A stretch of 64,000 bases of DNA from Klebsormidium nitens (Eukaryota > Plantae > Klebsormidiophyceae): positions 1 through 64,000 of the forward strand of contig DF237278.1 of assembly GCA_000708835.1 (NCBI GenBank). Direction: 5' to 3'. The position numbers and the translations under genes were made by a program. The notes beneath the pieces are model-generated. The model searched no databases, was not told where the DNA came from, and saw nothing but the letters and a program-made list of their open reading frames with translations. Numbering within the stretch: the first letter of the stretch is position 1; each line of letters starts with the position of its first letter. Positions 49,374 through 61,455 of the stretch are shown piece by piece.

Positions 49374-50179
49374 CTACCTAGATATTACCCACCTAGATTT
49401 CCTGACGGTGTGCACATGCTTCCTGTTGGCTCACTGCTAGCTAGCTGCCAGTCGCAGCCACCTGATACAAAGTATCATACTTAGTATACTTACCTAGTAT
49501 GAGGTGGGAAAGGCACCCTTCCCGTTTTCACCCCCTTGGCACCGCGAGCCACCTGTGCCTGTAAAGTGCCAGTATTAGGGGAAAGAAAGGGGGGGAATTT
49601 AAAGCCTTTTGAACGGTTTGGAACTCTGCGGTATAGGTACCCTAGCAGCCAGCAGAGACTGCCTCCCCACTAGCTACTCAGTAAAGCACGTTGCTTATCA
49701 TCAGCCCTCTTAGCAGCTGTACAATCTAGAGCGACCCGTGCTTGACAAGCTGTGTACGTAAGCTGGCGTCAGCTGCCCATGACGCTACAATATTTTGGCG
49801 CAGCCTCAGCGTATGTCAGCAATGGGGCGCTGTTCCTCGCACCAACGACAGTACCTACGTTCGCTCTCATCCACTTCGTCTTCGCCCACAGCTCAAGAAA
49901 AGAAAAAGATAGACTCCCAGCCACACTCTACAAGAACGCAGAGTCCGCAAGTGGAGGAAGAAGCAGGAAAGGAGGCCGCCCCCTACGTCGGATTGACTCT
50001 CCAGCTTCCCACTCGAGCTCCCCTCTGCGCTTCCTTCTTCTCAGCTAAGAGTACTGAGCTCCCCTTGCCAGCAGCTGGCCCCCTCCTTGTCAGCAACTAC
50101 CCACTCCGTGTTAGCCACCCCCCTCCTTGTCAGCACCCTCGTACTAGACTTGTAGAAGGAAAGTCTGTAGGTAGGGAAG

Positions 50180-53100
50180 ATGGTAGCAGCAATGACTGCA
50201 CGAGTCCCGGTGTCCCTGCTCCTAGTCACCGCGCTGCTTATCTTCTCGCAACCGGTGCAAGGATACCGGCGCGGGCTGAGCACCTCGGGCGGGCTCCTTG
50301 TGCATAGCACGGACCGACAGCTGTTGCAGGAGGGGTCCGACAACCCTTGTGGGCAGTTTCCCGCGGATGATCCGTTTGACGGCGTGCGGATCGGGCAGCA
50401 AACCCCAAACTGGCACGAGCCGTGCCGGGACAGTTCCGGGGTCGTTCAGTTTTGCTGGTGAGGGTTTGGGGCTTTCACTGGTCTGTGGTGAGCTCGGTTT
50501 CATGTTCTGAGGATTGGCACAATCTAGGTTGGAAGTGGGTTCTTCTCGTCTGTGGGTATGGTTATCAACTACTGGTGAGCATGGAACATGAGGGAGTTTA
50601 TTGTGACTTCCTTTGGGACTCCTTGATCGTGAGCTGAGGCCTTTCCGGTTGCGTAACATTATGTGTTGGATCCCTGGAAAGGTCAGTGCAGCTTTAAAAC
50701 CTTTGAGGATAACTTTCGAGGCAACACTGGACCCGCAATAAAGTTCAGCACAAGGAACAATATTCCCCTCTCAACCTGGCTGGTGGGCTTTGAAAGCTTG
50801 GCTCTGCCTATGGACTCATCTGTGTTTGAGAGTTGTCGAGTTGGCAAAGCATAAAGCTTTTGCGGGTGCCATTTTGGATGCAGCACATTTTGGGCTGGGG
50901 AGTTTCTCAACCTTTTGAGATGGTGGCTAGAAAACTTTGCAGAGCTCAATCAGAACGATATACTTATGCTGATCAGGCAAAGTGACCTCAGTGTCGAAGG
51001 CTAGTAAGTCTGGTCACATCTTTGGTAGGAATGTTTTCCAAAGACCAGACAACACGAAACCTCAAGAGAAGTTTGAAAGGGAAAGCCCAGAATGTCTGTG
51101 TCATTTGAATGTGGACATGTGAGTAAGAGTAAGACAAGCCTGAGGGCTCTGAGACGTGTGAAGCTTTTGTAGCAAAATCAAGCTTGGTTGAGAGAAAACC
51201 CACTACTGTTATCAGGAGGAAAGAGAGAGCTGGATAGCGATTGTGGAACCATCAGAATCTGCATTCTGCTTAGAAGCTGCCAATCACCCCTCACACTGAC
51301 CTCAGAGACCAGCTCCTGTTGAATAATGTAGGGCCTTTGAATGGATTCCTTTAATCGAGCTGCTATACTCATTCCTATCCTCAGCATTCATATGGTTTTA
51401 CGGTGAAAAGCAAGCCCAATGTCCTGAAGGCCTTGTGTTTGCATGTGCAGTTCAGCGGGCTCCACGCAATGTGCCTGCCCACCAAACCCTCCCACAGCAG
51501 CAGGGCCTTTTGGGTGCTACAATTACGTGAGTGCCCTCCGTCGTGTCAGCTTTCTACATTTTTGATCAATACTCCCCAGGGCCTTGCTGACAAGATTCTA
51601 GAGCCTTTACTGCAATCTGTGTGCATGTCATCATGAGCACAGATGAGCACAGACGAAGCACTGATGAGTAACTGAACAAGAAACCTTGCTACAGGACAAA
51701 TCCAGGTTAGTGATCACATCGCAAAGGAACGGCACTACCAAAGCAGGTTTTGAGACACGACACGTTTGGTTAAGCGCAATTTTCATCCGATCCAGTATGT
51801 AATATGACAATCCGGACCTCTGGGAGCATGATAGCCAGAGCTATTGAAGTACCAGGCCCGGAGAGAGTGTTAGTAATATACCAATCTGGCAAGCGAAAAC
51901 GGTTCCATCACCAATTTGTTTTCTCCATGGCTTCTTCTCCAGACCGATTATCCTTTGATAACCTCGAAAAGCTCTAGTCGGTACGTTTTGACGCTTCAGA
52001 AAGTGCATGGCACGGTGTGCGAGATGGACGGACTGGTTAACTATCGAGCCTGAATTTGTTATGCGTACACCAAACCATCGGCCTCTTTAATTCGGACGTT
52101 GGACTCAACATGCCGCGACCCTCTATGTTTCAATAGACTTAAGACCATTGCCGCCTGCCAAACATTCCCCTTAACTCTCGTCTTGCTTTTGTCGCCAGGA
52201 TTGTGACCGCAACTTACTAATCCCCTTTATCTCTCCCTCTTGTGGCTTCGCGCGGCGCATTTGTACGCTTCCCACCTTCTCCCAAGTCCCAAGCCGTTTA
52301 TGTCGATTCCCTTGACTTTCTCTCTTCCGAAACCCAAGCCTGACATCTTCCGCCGTTCCTTTCAGGTTGACAGCAACACTCTAAACTTCAACACAGGCCA
52401 GCAGTGCGGGTTCACCCTCCCCAGCTCTCCTGCGACTCCAAGCCCCACCTCTACGACTCCGTCCCCGACCTCTGCAACTCCCTCCCCGACCTCTGCGACC
52501 CCCTCCCCAACTTCGACAACTCCCTCTCCAACTAGCACCCCCTCTGCGACTTCCTCTCCAACTTCCGCTCCAACAAACCCCCCCGGTGGACCGTGCACCA
52601 CGGCCCCGAGGGGATCCCCCGGGTCCGACGGCACGTGCGGGTTTGACCCCGCCGGCCAGGGGTACAACCTGTGTACGACGATGGCTGGGGTGGGTCTCCG
52701 CTAACGACTTTTTTGCGGTTCGTGCTTAGGATTGAGTCCCCCTTTCCACCGGAAGCCTTTTGATGCATCACGTAGGTGAACGCTCTGCACGGTGTTTTAC
52801 TTTTCTGGGGCGTGTGTCGATCGTTCTTCAATTGCTGTGTACGAAAGGATAGCTCTCTGCATGACGAACCGGCGTATGCGCTTCTTCGGTGAGCTTTTCT
52901 TTGGCGAAGACAGACCCCCTACATTCAATTTCCTCTGCTTAGACGTGGTTCCTTTCCAATATAACGTCTGTTTGCATATGTGCAAAAGTTGTCTTGCCCT
53001 TGATCATCATATTCCTCTGTTTTGAAGCTAAAAGGAAGTCCTCGCGCTGGAAGGAGTTCGTGCTGCTGAAATCATTGCGTCCTCTGAAGCTCGCGGCCAC

Positions 53101-54683
53101 CCGATCGTTCGCTGAACCGTAACATGATACTGCCGATTACGACACGAGCGCGTTAGGTCCGGCCGGCTACGTCTCTGAACGAATTCTTTGCCCAAAACTT
53201 TGTGTTTCTTGTGATTGCTTCCATTTCCCGGATGTTCAATTCCTTTCATAGGACGCTTACTTGTGGTCGGATCTCTCTTGGATCGTTTCTCCCTGATACC
53301 TCTTCATCAATTCCACGTCGAAGCTCTCAATCAAGTCGACAATAAAGACCGAAGTCATCAGCCAAGCTTGCTAGCAATTTCGTGGAATTCGTGGGCTTCA
53401 ACTTTGCAACCAAGATCCAAGTCGCTAACCCAAGCCGCGTCTTTCCGCTGTTCCACAGATCCAATTCTGCCGCCAAACTGGCTACGCTGGCCCCACGGCG
53501 GAGGCCTTAACAAGCTTCCAATCTGCTAACCCACAGCGTCAACCCCAGCCGTCTTTCCGCTGTTTCGCAGATCGCGTTCTGCTGCGAAACCGGCTACACC
53601 TGCCCGACGGCGGACCCGGTCACGGCCTCCAACCCGAGCTTCGCTCTCCAGGTCTACTGCCAAGCGCTGGGGCCCTGCGCAGACACCCCGACTTCCTCCC
53701 CCACAAACGCCCCCACAACAAACCCCCCCACAACGAACGCCCCCGCAACGAACGCCCCCACAACCAACGCCCCCACAACCAACGCCCCGACGACTTCCGC
53801 CCCAAATACTCCCGGCCCTACCCCCGTCGCAACCACCCCCTCCCCCGCCCCCACTTCTGGCCCCCCCAGCGGGTGCCAGACGGTGCCCTCTTCCGGATCT
53901 CCCGGCGTGGACGGAACCTGCGGATACGACCCGTCCGGTCAGGCGTTCAACGTGTGCTCAACGGCGGGAGGGGTAAGTGCTTCATCCTGACGGCTCTGAT
54001 CAACTTAAGTCTTTTGCTAAACTCTGGTTGAGTTCTCAGTTCAGTCTAGAGGTATTTGGCGCAAGATAGACGCCCGGGAGACGGACGGAACCAGTGGGTG
54101 CCATTAGGGTAGGGGTCGTCAAGATTTCAGGTCAGTCAAAGAGGTCAAAACGTCTGCAAAACGTCTGCTAAGTGAGATGAGACTATGAGCCTTTCCACCA
54201 TGTACTCCCTTCCTCTACCGAGAGCAGTATATTCGCTCAGGTCATATTTCTGGTGGCTAGTAGCTTTGTAGCAATATGAAGCGCATTTTCAACCCGTGGA
54301 AGTGCTGGACGATCGAGCTTGCGTGCCCGAATGGAGTCGGCGATTGCGACATCAAATGCTTTCACAAGGAGTAACAAAGATTCAACCCTGAGTCAGGTTG
54401 TGACGTTGACTGTGACCGTTCTAAAGACTGCGACCAATCCTGCGCTCTTTTTGAACCCTCGGATTTCAATAATTAGATAGACTACATATCTGGGCACTTT
54501 CTTTTCAGCTCCCGCAGTCTTTCCCTGAACAAGAGTCATCTTAACCCGGTTCCTTGTATTCTTCAGATCCAGTTCTGCTGCCCACAAGGCTACATTTGCC
54601 CGATCGCCGGGTCCGTCGCACCGTCCGGTGGCTCCAACGCTCTGCAAGTATTCTGCCAAGTGGCCGGGCCGTGCGGATACTAA
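50180..54683 (+). CDS. Secreted protein with three 8-Cys modules separated by Ser/Thr/Pro-rich mucin/HRGP-like linkers, 5 exons, ~398 aa
   Basis: Exons 50180-50457, 51451-51526, 52366-52689, 53571-53972, 54567-54683 are phase-compatible (1197 nt). Signal peptide is followed by RQLLQ. Linkers are (TPSPTS[AT])n and (NAPTT)n. Modules 2 and 3 are clear homologs (GSPG.DGTCG.DP.GQ..N.C.T..G|I.FCC..GY.CP...ALQV.CQ..GPC). Confidence 0.85.
52425..52570 (+). repeat. ~21-bp coding repeat encoding TPSPTS(A/T)
   Basis: The translation SPATPSPTSTTPSPTSATPSPTSATPSPTSTTPSPTST lies in gene 8 exon 3. Confidence 0.9.
53695..53800 (+). repeat. 15-bp coding repeat encoding NAPTT
   Basis: Repeated aacgcccccacaacc-type units lie in gene 8 exon 4. 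Confidence 0.9.
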
Positions 54684-57600
54684 GCGGTAGGCTTTTGAAA
54701 CATTACTCATAATTCCCTAGGTTTCTTTGATTGGAAACTAAGGACTCCCCCAACCAAGGATCATCTTCTCCTTGATTGAGAGAGAGAGATTGTCTTCTAT
54801 TGATCAAATGTTTGAAGGCTTGAACCTTTTCTCCAGTTTTTAACCCCCTTGATTTTGGGGGAAGGAGGCGGGGGTGAAAGTTGAGAAAGGGTCTGATGAA
54901 GCAGGTTGTGTGGCCTTGCTAATGCTAACCGGTGATACTCCTCATCTCAAAGTAGACTTCGATTTCACTAAATTAGGCGAACGAGTTTTTGTTGGTCGAA
55001 ACCTACTCAGTATCCATCTGCTCCTCGAAATCTTTGTCTTCATCATTCGTCGTGTCAGCCCACTGGCGTCTGGAGATGGGGAGGAAATGACTGAAAGAAG
55101 ACCTTTCCGTCTTCTCTAATAACAAGTACAATTTCACCCCTGGTTTTCATACACGCCTGATAATCTGTCCGTTGAAAATTTGAAGACGTAAGAAGTACAC
55201 TGACTTAGCCTAAGGACGGAAAACTCAAGCTTCCGTTCTGTCGACGCTTCATCAATATGTCCGTTTAACAATCTTTCCGATTTACAGTCTCCATATCATT
55301 TTCTGGTTGGAAGTTTTCTGATCTACAAACCGGTCCGGGGTTTTCGGTACTAAGTGACGTGCGCCCCGACTGACCGCACCAGTCGACTTATTTTAACACG
55401 TTTTGCGTCCTCCGTTCTGCAGACCAGCTCCGTTCAGATACGAAGCGGGTACGAGTGCAACGTGTGACATTCATTTGCCGCCTTCCGGAGCTCCATTCCC
55501 TGCATTCAATCATCCGAAGCCGATCAACCTCTCCCACCGCGTGACAACTCCTTGTAAAGGCACCTTCGTCTCCACGTGCTCGTCTTTGTTTCAAGGTATT
55601 ATCAGAAACACTAAAAACTTTAGGTCTTAGTAGACGGCTCCTCCCAAACGATTGTAGAAAATGACCTCGCTCGTTTCAGGAAACGTGGTTCGTCCCTCAC
55701 GAATCTTTCTTCCCACCCCGGCGCGGGTTGGCCGAGCCGCACTCTGCACCGAGAGCGGTTTTTTCGATCCTTTTTAATCCGATTGTTTCAAAAACTGAGG
55801 GCCCGGAACGTATATAGTTGGCCGGCCCCCCAAGAACAACGCAGAAATGACTACGTCAGCATAGTTCGTACTGTGGACTAGTGATTATTTACACGGTCGA
55901 TGCCGGTTAGCGGCAGAGGCGGGCTCTTATAAGCTGGACGTTTCCCCCCTCCGCCGCTAATAAGCGGTGCAAGTCCGTCCGAGACTGCACGCGCTAAGAA
56001 CACTCCAGTGATAAAGTCAAATAATAAATCAAACGTAGTGTCGCCGTTGAATCTTGATCGGGCTTCCGGCATGGGGATAGGAATTACTGAGTCCCTGATT
56101 TGCATAACTTGTGCTTCATAGCTGAGTTACCATTTGGAAAAGGACGCTGTTGCGCGATAACAACGTGAATACCATCTGTGAACGGTCGATCCGTCATACA
56201 AAACGTATGTGTCGAACATTGATTGTCCCGCCCGATGCCCCAATTATTACAGTTCCTTCAGTTTATACACACACTCGACTGGCCACATGTGTCATGCCCA
56301 CTCTCTGATCCGCACAAGATGCATCTTCACCATCGTGCAATATCTTGTGCTTTGGGATCTAGCAGTACGTGACGCGAACAATTACTTCGTCAAAACTCAT
56401 CCTACAATACACTGCATGACTGCAATACGTACTGCATGATTTTGATCAAGTACCAATGATACTACCCGCCTCCAACTCATACAGTGTCCGATGACGTCAT
56501 CGTGTGGCCATTCATAACAAGAGCTTCTCTGCAACGACCTGAACTCAAATTGCGCACTGGGATGGTCACATCTAACCTATACGATTGCGGCCCGAAGACC
56601 CCTCTGCACAGCAAACCTTTCAAAAGAAGCGCCTTCAGTCGCAACCTATCATCCTGATGAACGCCGCGATCCGCCTCCTCTGATGTTGCGGCTAAGAGTC
56701 GGCTGCAGCTGCCCATAACTATCTCGATGGATCGACAATTCCCACGCCTGAACAAGTGCTCTCCGGCTGCATGACGGTCTACCGTTCCGCCAGCGTCAGC
56801 GAGGCGGGGTGTATTATGCAGTAAAGTCGAATGTAAAAATGCAGAAAAGCCTCGGCCAAAACTGCCTCGGATCCGGACGACCTTGTTTGTTTGTAATTCT
56901 ATAAAAAGGAACGTGACATTTCCGGTTACTCGCTTCGATCCATCCAGGTCCCATCGATCGAATGAGGAACTTGGCAAGCTATCTTGGCTTGCCAGAGCCG
57001 AACTCATATCCCAAAATCTGCTCGTTTGAAAACCCAATCATGCAGGCTCCGGGGGGACTTTGCAACCGCCTCTGTGTGGGACGAGTAAGCTGCGAAAACG
57101 GCGCGGCCGCCCACGCGCGCGACGACACCTGTCACGCAAAGGAGCGGCCGCGCGGCGGCCGACGAGTCTCCTGCAGTTGAACGAATGCTTCCTGCAAAGC
57201 CGGGCGCGCGCGCATCTTTGAAGGCGCGCGGGGGTTGCCCACTCTCAGTCCATGAAATGCGGCCTTTACTCCCGAAGGCGGGGGTCAAGTGCAACTGTTC
57301 TCCAAAGGATTGGAAGTGATGGGCTCAATCGGAGGACCTCTCTTTGTAAAACGGGTCAGCGGTGAGGTTGTTTGGATTCAACGGCACCTCGTTTTGGTGC
57401 CGATGCACGCACACTCTGCGCAGTTTGTGCGCTCGTTCTATCTGCGCGCGTGTGCGCATTTCTCCGGCACTCGCCCGCTCGTCGAGCGCACTGAACCACG
57501 ACCGCGTGGAGCCGCGCTCGCGGCTGTCCATCCGCCACTAGTTGCGGCAAGTTTTGGAAGAGTGTAGGCCAGGGTTTTGCCAAGCGTTTGGATTCAATAG

Positions 57601-57911
57601 TTCGCTTTTTCAGCATCAGAAAGGGTCCGAGCGACGTCCCTCCTGGGAATACACTCAGGCAGGTCCGGGCAGAGAACCAGATAATAAGTCGGGTTCCGGG
57701 ACCGGTTCCCACCTAGCTGGTGTGAAGTGTTTTCAGGATAAGCTATGGGAGTTAAGTTCCATTCTCGCATCCGTTCATCTCCAGTTTGGGGGGGAGCGCG
57801 AGCTGCACGCAGGCGGCCCCCCAACGCGGGCTTTGAAAATGAAGGTGCCAATCTAACGGCACAGCAACCCGCATCTCAGCACTGCTTCAACACTGAGGCA
57901 CAAGAAGTTCT

Positions 57912-57993
57912 GGCTGCTAACCAGGCAGATCACGGGACCTGACTCTCGGGTTATTGGACATCAACCGTTGTCTAATATTGCTCCAAGGCTGGT
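57912..57993. repeat. Short dispersed repeat, copy 2 (homolog at 29728-29811)
   Basis: Shared blocks ggctgctaa, ggttattggaca and caaggctggt occur in the same order and with similar spacing. Confidence 0.75.
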
Positions 57994-58845
57994 CAACGTC
58001 GGGGTAAGGTTATCGGACACAAGTCTTATTTGACGAACCCACAATCATTATGGTTTACGGCCAATGGTTCCTGTCAGATGTGCCCACTTCCCTTCGCTTC
58101 TAAACTGCCGCAGACATTGAAATGAATTCCAAGCGGAAGTTCGCATCGCTCCGCCCCTTCTGGAACGGTCGACTTTTCGAAAAAAACGCGCTGGCCTATC
58201 ATCCTCGAAGCAACCTTGGCTCGAAGTTGACGGATGTCCAGCCAGCTTTTGGAGCGCATTCACACTGATGACATGAGTGGGTGGGTGCTGCCGCGGCTCA
58301 GCCAACGAGTCCCCTGCCGAGTATTCAGCAATCGTGGCGTCAGTATCGTGTGCGCCCTGGAAACGAGCCATAATCGAGGGCTAATCCCTCGGTTTATCGA
58401 GGTGAATTCGATCGAATAACCGAGGTTACTTCGAGATTATTTCGAGCTAAATTGAGGCTGCTCCCAAGGGTCCACCAATCTTGACCGGCAGTACTGAGTA
58501 GGCCCTGGATTATGGAACGATGAACCGCTGGGTAAGGCCCGGGTCGAGCTTTTGTGATGAAAGTCTCCCATTATCTGGTCATTTACTGTGTTTGACGCGC
58601 TTTGCCGGTGAGCCTTCTCCTGGCTTTAACCGGTCGTTTGAATCTCCATCCTTACTGAATGCTCCCCTCGGCCCTGCCCAGCTCAATATTCCCGCACTCT
58701 CCAACTTGTGCGCTCGCGCGTGTTGCTGACGTGGGCGGCGCTCACTGCGCACCGCTCCTTGCGACCTCAGCCCGGCATGTGGGGTCTTGCTCTACGTTTG
58801 ACCTTTCCAGCAGAAAGCGCAGGAAGAAATTGACAGAGAGAGCTG

Positions 58846-58884
58846 TCTGCTCACGTCTTGACATCGCGTCAAGACGTGAGCAGA
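58846..58884. repeat. Perfect 17-bp inverted repeat with a 5-nt loop
   Basis: tctgctcacgtcttgac-atcgc-gtcaagacgtgagcaga. Confidence 0.95.
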
Positions 58885-60559
58885 GCCCAAAGCTAGTTAG
58901 CTTAATGAATTTCAACTTCGTATCGATATTGGGACCACATGGGGTCGTTAGGGCCTTTGAAGGCGTCCGTTGGATCCTGCATGGGTTCCAGGCCTTCGGG
59001 GCTTCAAGTTGTCGGATTGGACCGACGGGCAGACGGTCAGTGTGTGCCGACACTTTCCTTGGGAACCCCCGTCGCCGAAGTAAAGAAGGATTCAAGCGAA
59101 GAAGGGACGGAGTGGCTGATCTCACTGCCTTCTTTTCACTGTACAACGAGTGGAAATCCAACTTCATCGCTGCTTCTACTGGGCATGTCTCCTTCCATCT
59201 AGCGCACTCGAGCCCTTTTCAGAGAACTAGTGATCGCGGGACTGATTCCCTGACCACTGCCGTCGGCGGGGGCCGGATTACGTGGGTACCAGGACCGCGA
59301 AGCTGGTTTTCATAACAGGATCAAAGTTACTCCCGACCATTAATGTGTCTTTTCCGGGGGCGACTTTGCCGGACGAAAGTTCTCGCGGGGCTGGCATTGA
59401 CGGTCTTAACACTGAAAAATGTGGCATCAATAGAGCAATTTCTGCCGAGCTTTACCTTTTCCACCTACCTGCAAAGTCCTAGCTTCGCTTGCCACAAAAA
59501 CCCTGACCTCAGCCCACCTCAGCCGGTGTCTCTGGCCATTTCAGAGCCTCCACGATCTGACGGATGCATTTTGGCCTTAGATCTCTCCGGCGCGGTCAAA
59601 TTAGCGCTTCAGTTCTGTACCGCTGGACGATCCTTCCGTTCCGCTCTACACCGCGTGATGAAACTTGTAGCAACCTCTGCAGCCGGTTCTATGATGCAGA
59701 CGTGTTCCGTTTTTGGGCTGAGGCTATTCGAAGGAGCATCCAAAAAGAATAGAAGATTTGAACGGCGCTGGTGACGCACCCTGTTTCTGGGATTCTGAAG
59801 TTTGATCATGTTGCTTAGCCCGTCAGGTGTTGGGCTAATTTTTCTTGGTAACGGTCAATCTCGTACAATAGGCGCTGCGCTACGAACTTACTAGAAAGCA
59901 ACTTGAAAGATCAATATCGGATCAAGAAACTATCCAACATCGAGCCCAGTTGAAAAGACGTTTTCAAGCAACATGGTATGGTGTGAATGTGTCTGAGTGG
60001 GATCTGATGCATCAGGGATTTCAAAGTCGTGTCTTAGTTACACAGAGTCAAAGAGCGGTGGAGACCAGATACTGTCCTTTGGTGGGACGGATTATAGCGC
60101 GTTCGCAATCCACTTTAAGCAACTTTGAGGGGCAGAAAGGGAGAGCCTGGATCTTGTCACAAATCAGACTCCCAAGCGACCACAAAGACCCTTTTCTTTA
60201 AGCTTTTTGAAGCCGCACCGCCCTGAGAGAAGGCTCCTAAAGACTTAAAAGCGTCAGCGCACGCAGCTGCTCTGATCAAAAAAGAGCGACGCCTCTCATG
60301 AGCATCTTCCGACAGTGACACGTACCATGTTCACTGCAGTATTTCCGTTCTTGACCGCCCGGTGCTCTTCTACCAGTACGTACCTTGGACAATGAATCTG
60401 TACGGTATCGATCGATATCATGAGATGCTTCAAATCGAATAGCCATGATGAGCACGACGTTATTGCTTGACTACATGATGTGCAATCATCACGTCCTCAG
60501 CAGCATGGACAACGTCTTCTGATCCTATTGATAGCAGATCGACCGGAGTTGCGCAGAAC

Positions 60560-60700
60560 CAGTTCGGATCCAAACCGGATCTGCTTCGGTCCCAATTTGG
60601 ACCGTTTTCAGACATCCGAAATGTCTGAACGGGATCTGAAGCTTCGGACCGGGGTTGGACAGGTGTTTTAGTTTGGACCCACTTCGGACCGGGTTCGCAC
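60560..60700. repeat. TCCGAA/TTCGGA-rich tract similar to 40075-40375
   Basis: Contains cagttcggatccaaaccggatctgcttcggtcc and further ttcggaccgg motifs. Confidence 0.5.
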
Positions 60701-61334
60701 GAAAAGCTTTCTCGCAGTAAACTTAGCGCACAATATAACGGCTCATAAATTACCTCCAATTCGAAGCCTGGATCCGATTATCAAACGCTCTTTGTATAAT
60801 TCATGTTTGTCAAAAGAGGCCGTCTCTTTCTGTTAAGCCCTCTCTACTCCGCTAAATTCCTCATGCGCTTTCTTCAGAAAAAGAAGTAGAATCAATCACT
60901 CTCGATCTTTCGCAAGCTGGCTGTGCTGCTCTTCCGTCGCCGGAACGGTGAAAAAGCCTTCCTCTTTCAGCAGTAGTGGAGCGCTCTCATGTAGGGCTTC
61001 CACCGTAGTCGCTCCCTGAGTCATCTGATGCCAACACCTTAAGCAGCGCAGCCTGAACCCTCATTCAACACTACATATCTTAAACGTCGATGCAGCTAAA
61101 TCCAGTCGTGGCGGCTCTGGATTGCTGGTTTTCGATGCGCCCCTTCCAGTTGGTACGCTAGTCTCGTGCTTTCCCACAGAGTTACTTCGATGAAGGTTGC
61201 TACGCACGTGACGCAGCGTCTTTATTCCTCCAACCCACGGAAACATGCCTCGTCCAAAGCGGCCCAGCTTCAAAGGCAGACAGAGTCGGCGGCGAACGTC
61301 TTCTGAGGGGCGGCCGCGGCTCGCGCTCCGAACG

Positions 61335-61455
61335 CGCTGCGCGCGAGCTTCGCAAACTTCGAGCGCGCGCACTGCCCGAGTCTCCTTGCGGAAGGTGCTG
61401 CGCGCGAGCTTCGCGAACTCCGAGCGCGCGCGCTGTCCGAGTCTCCTTGCGGCAC
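61335..61455. repeat. Two-copy 61-bp GC-rich tandem repeat
   Basis: gcgcgagcttcgc.aact.cgagcgcgcgc.ctg.ccgagtctccttgcgg starts at 61341 and 61402. Confidence 0.9.

Noticed and set aside
51695-51705. 11-nt candidate micro-exon (ctacag|GACAAATCCAG|gttagt) in gene 8
   Set aside because: Inclusion breaks the frame. The 51451-51526 exon already joins exons 1 and 3 correctly and restores the FCC motif.
56477-57037. 186-aa minus-strand ORF
   Set aside because: No recognisable domain, and it lacks the GC3 bias and splice signals of the real genes. It is left unannotated pending a search.
58659-59774. Several 140-218 aa ORFs on both strands
   Set aside because: They are mutually overlapping, low in information and have non-ATG starts in part, with no family motifs.
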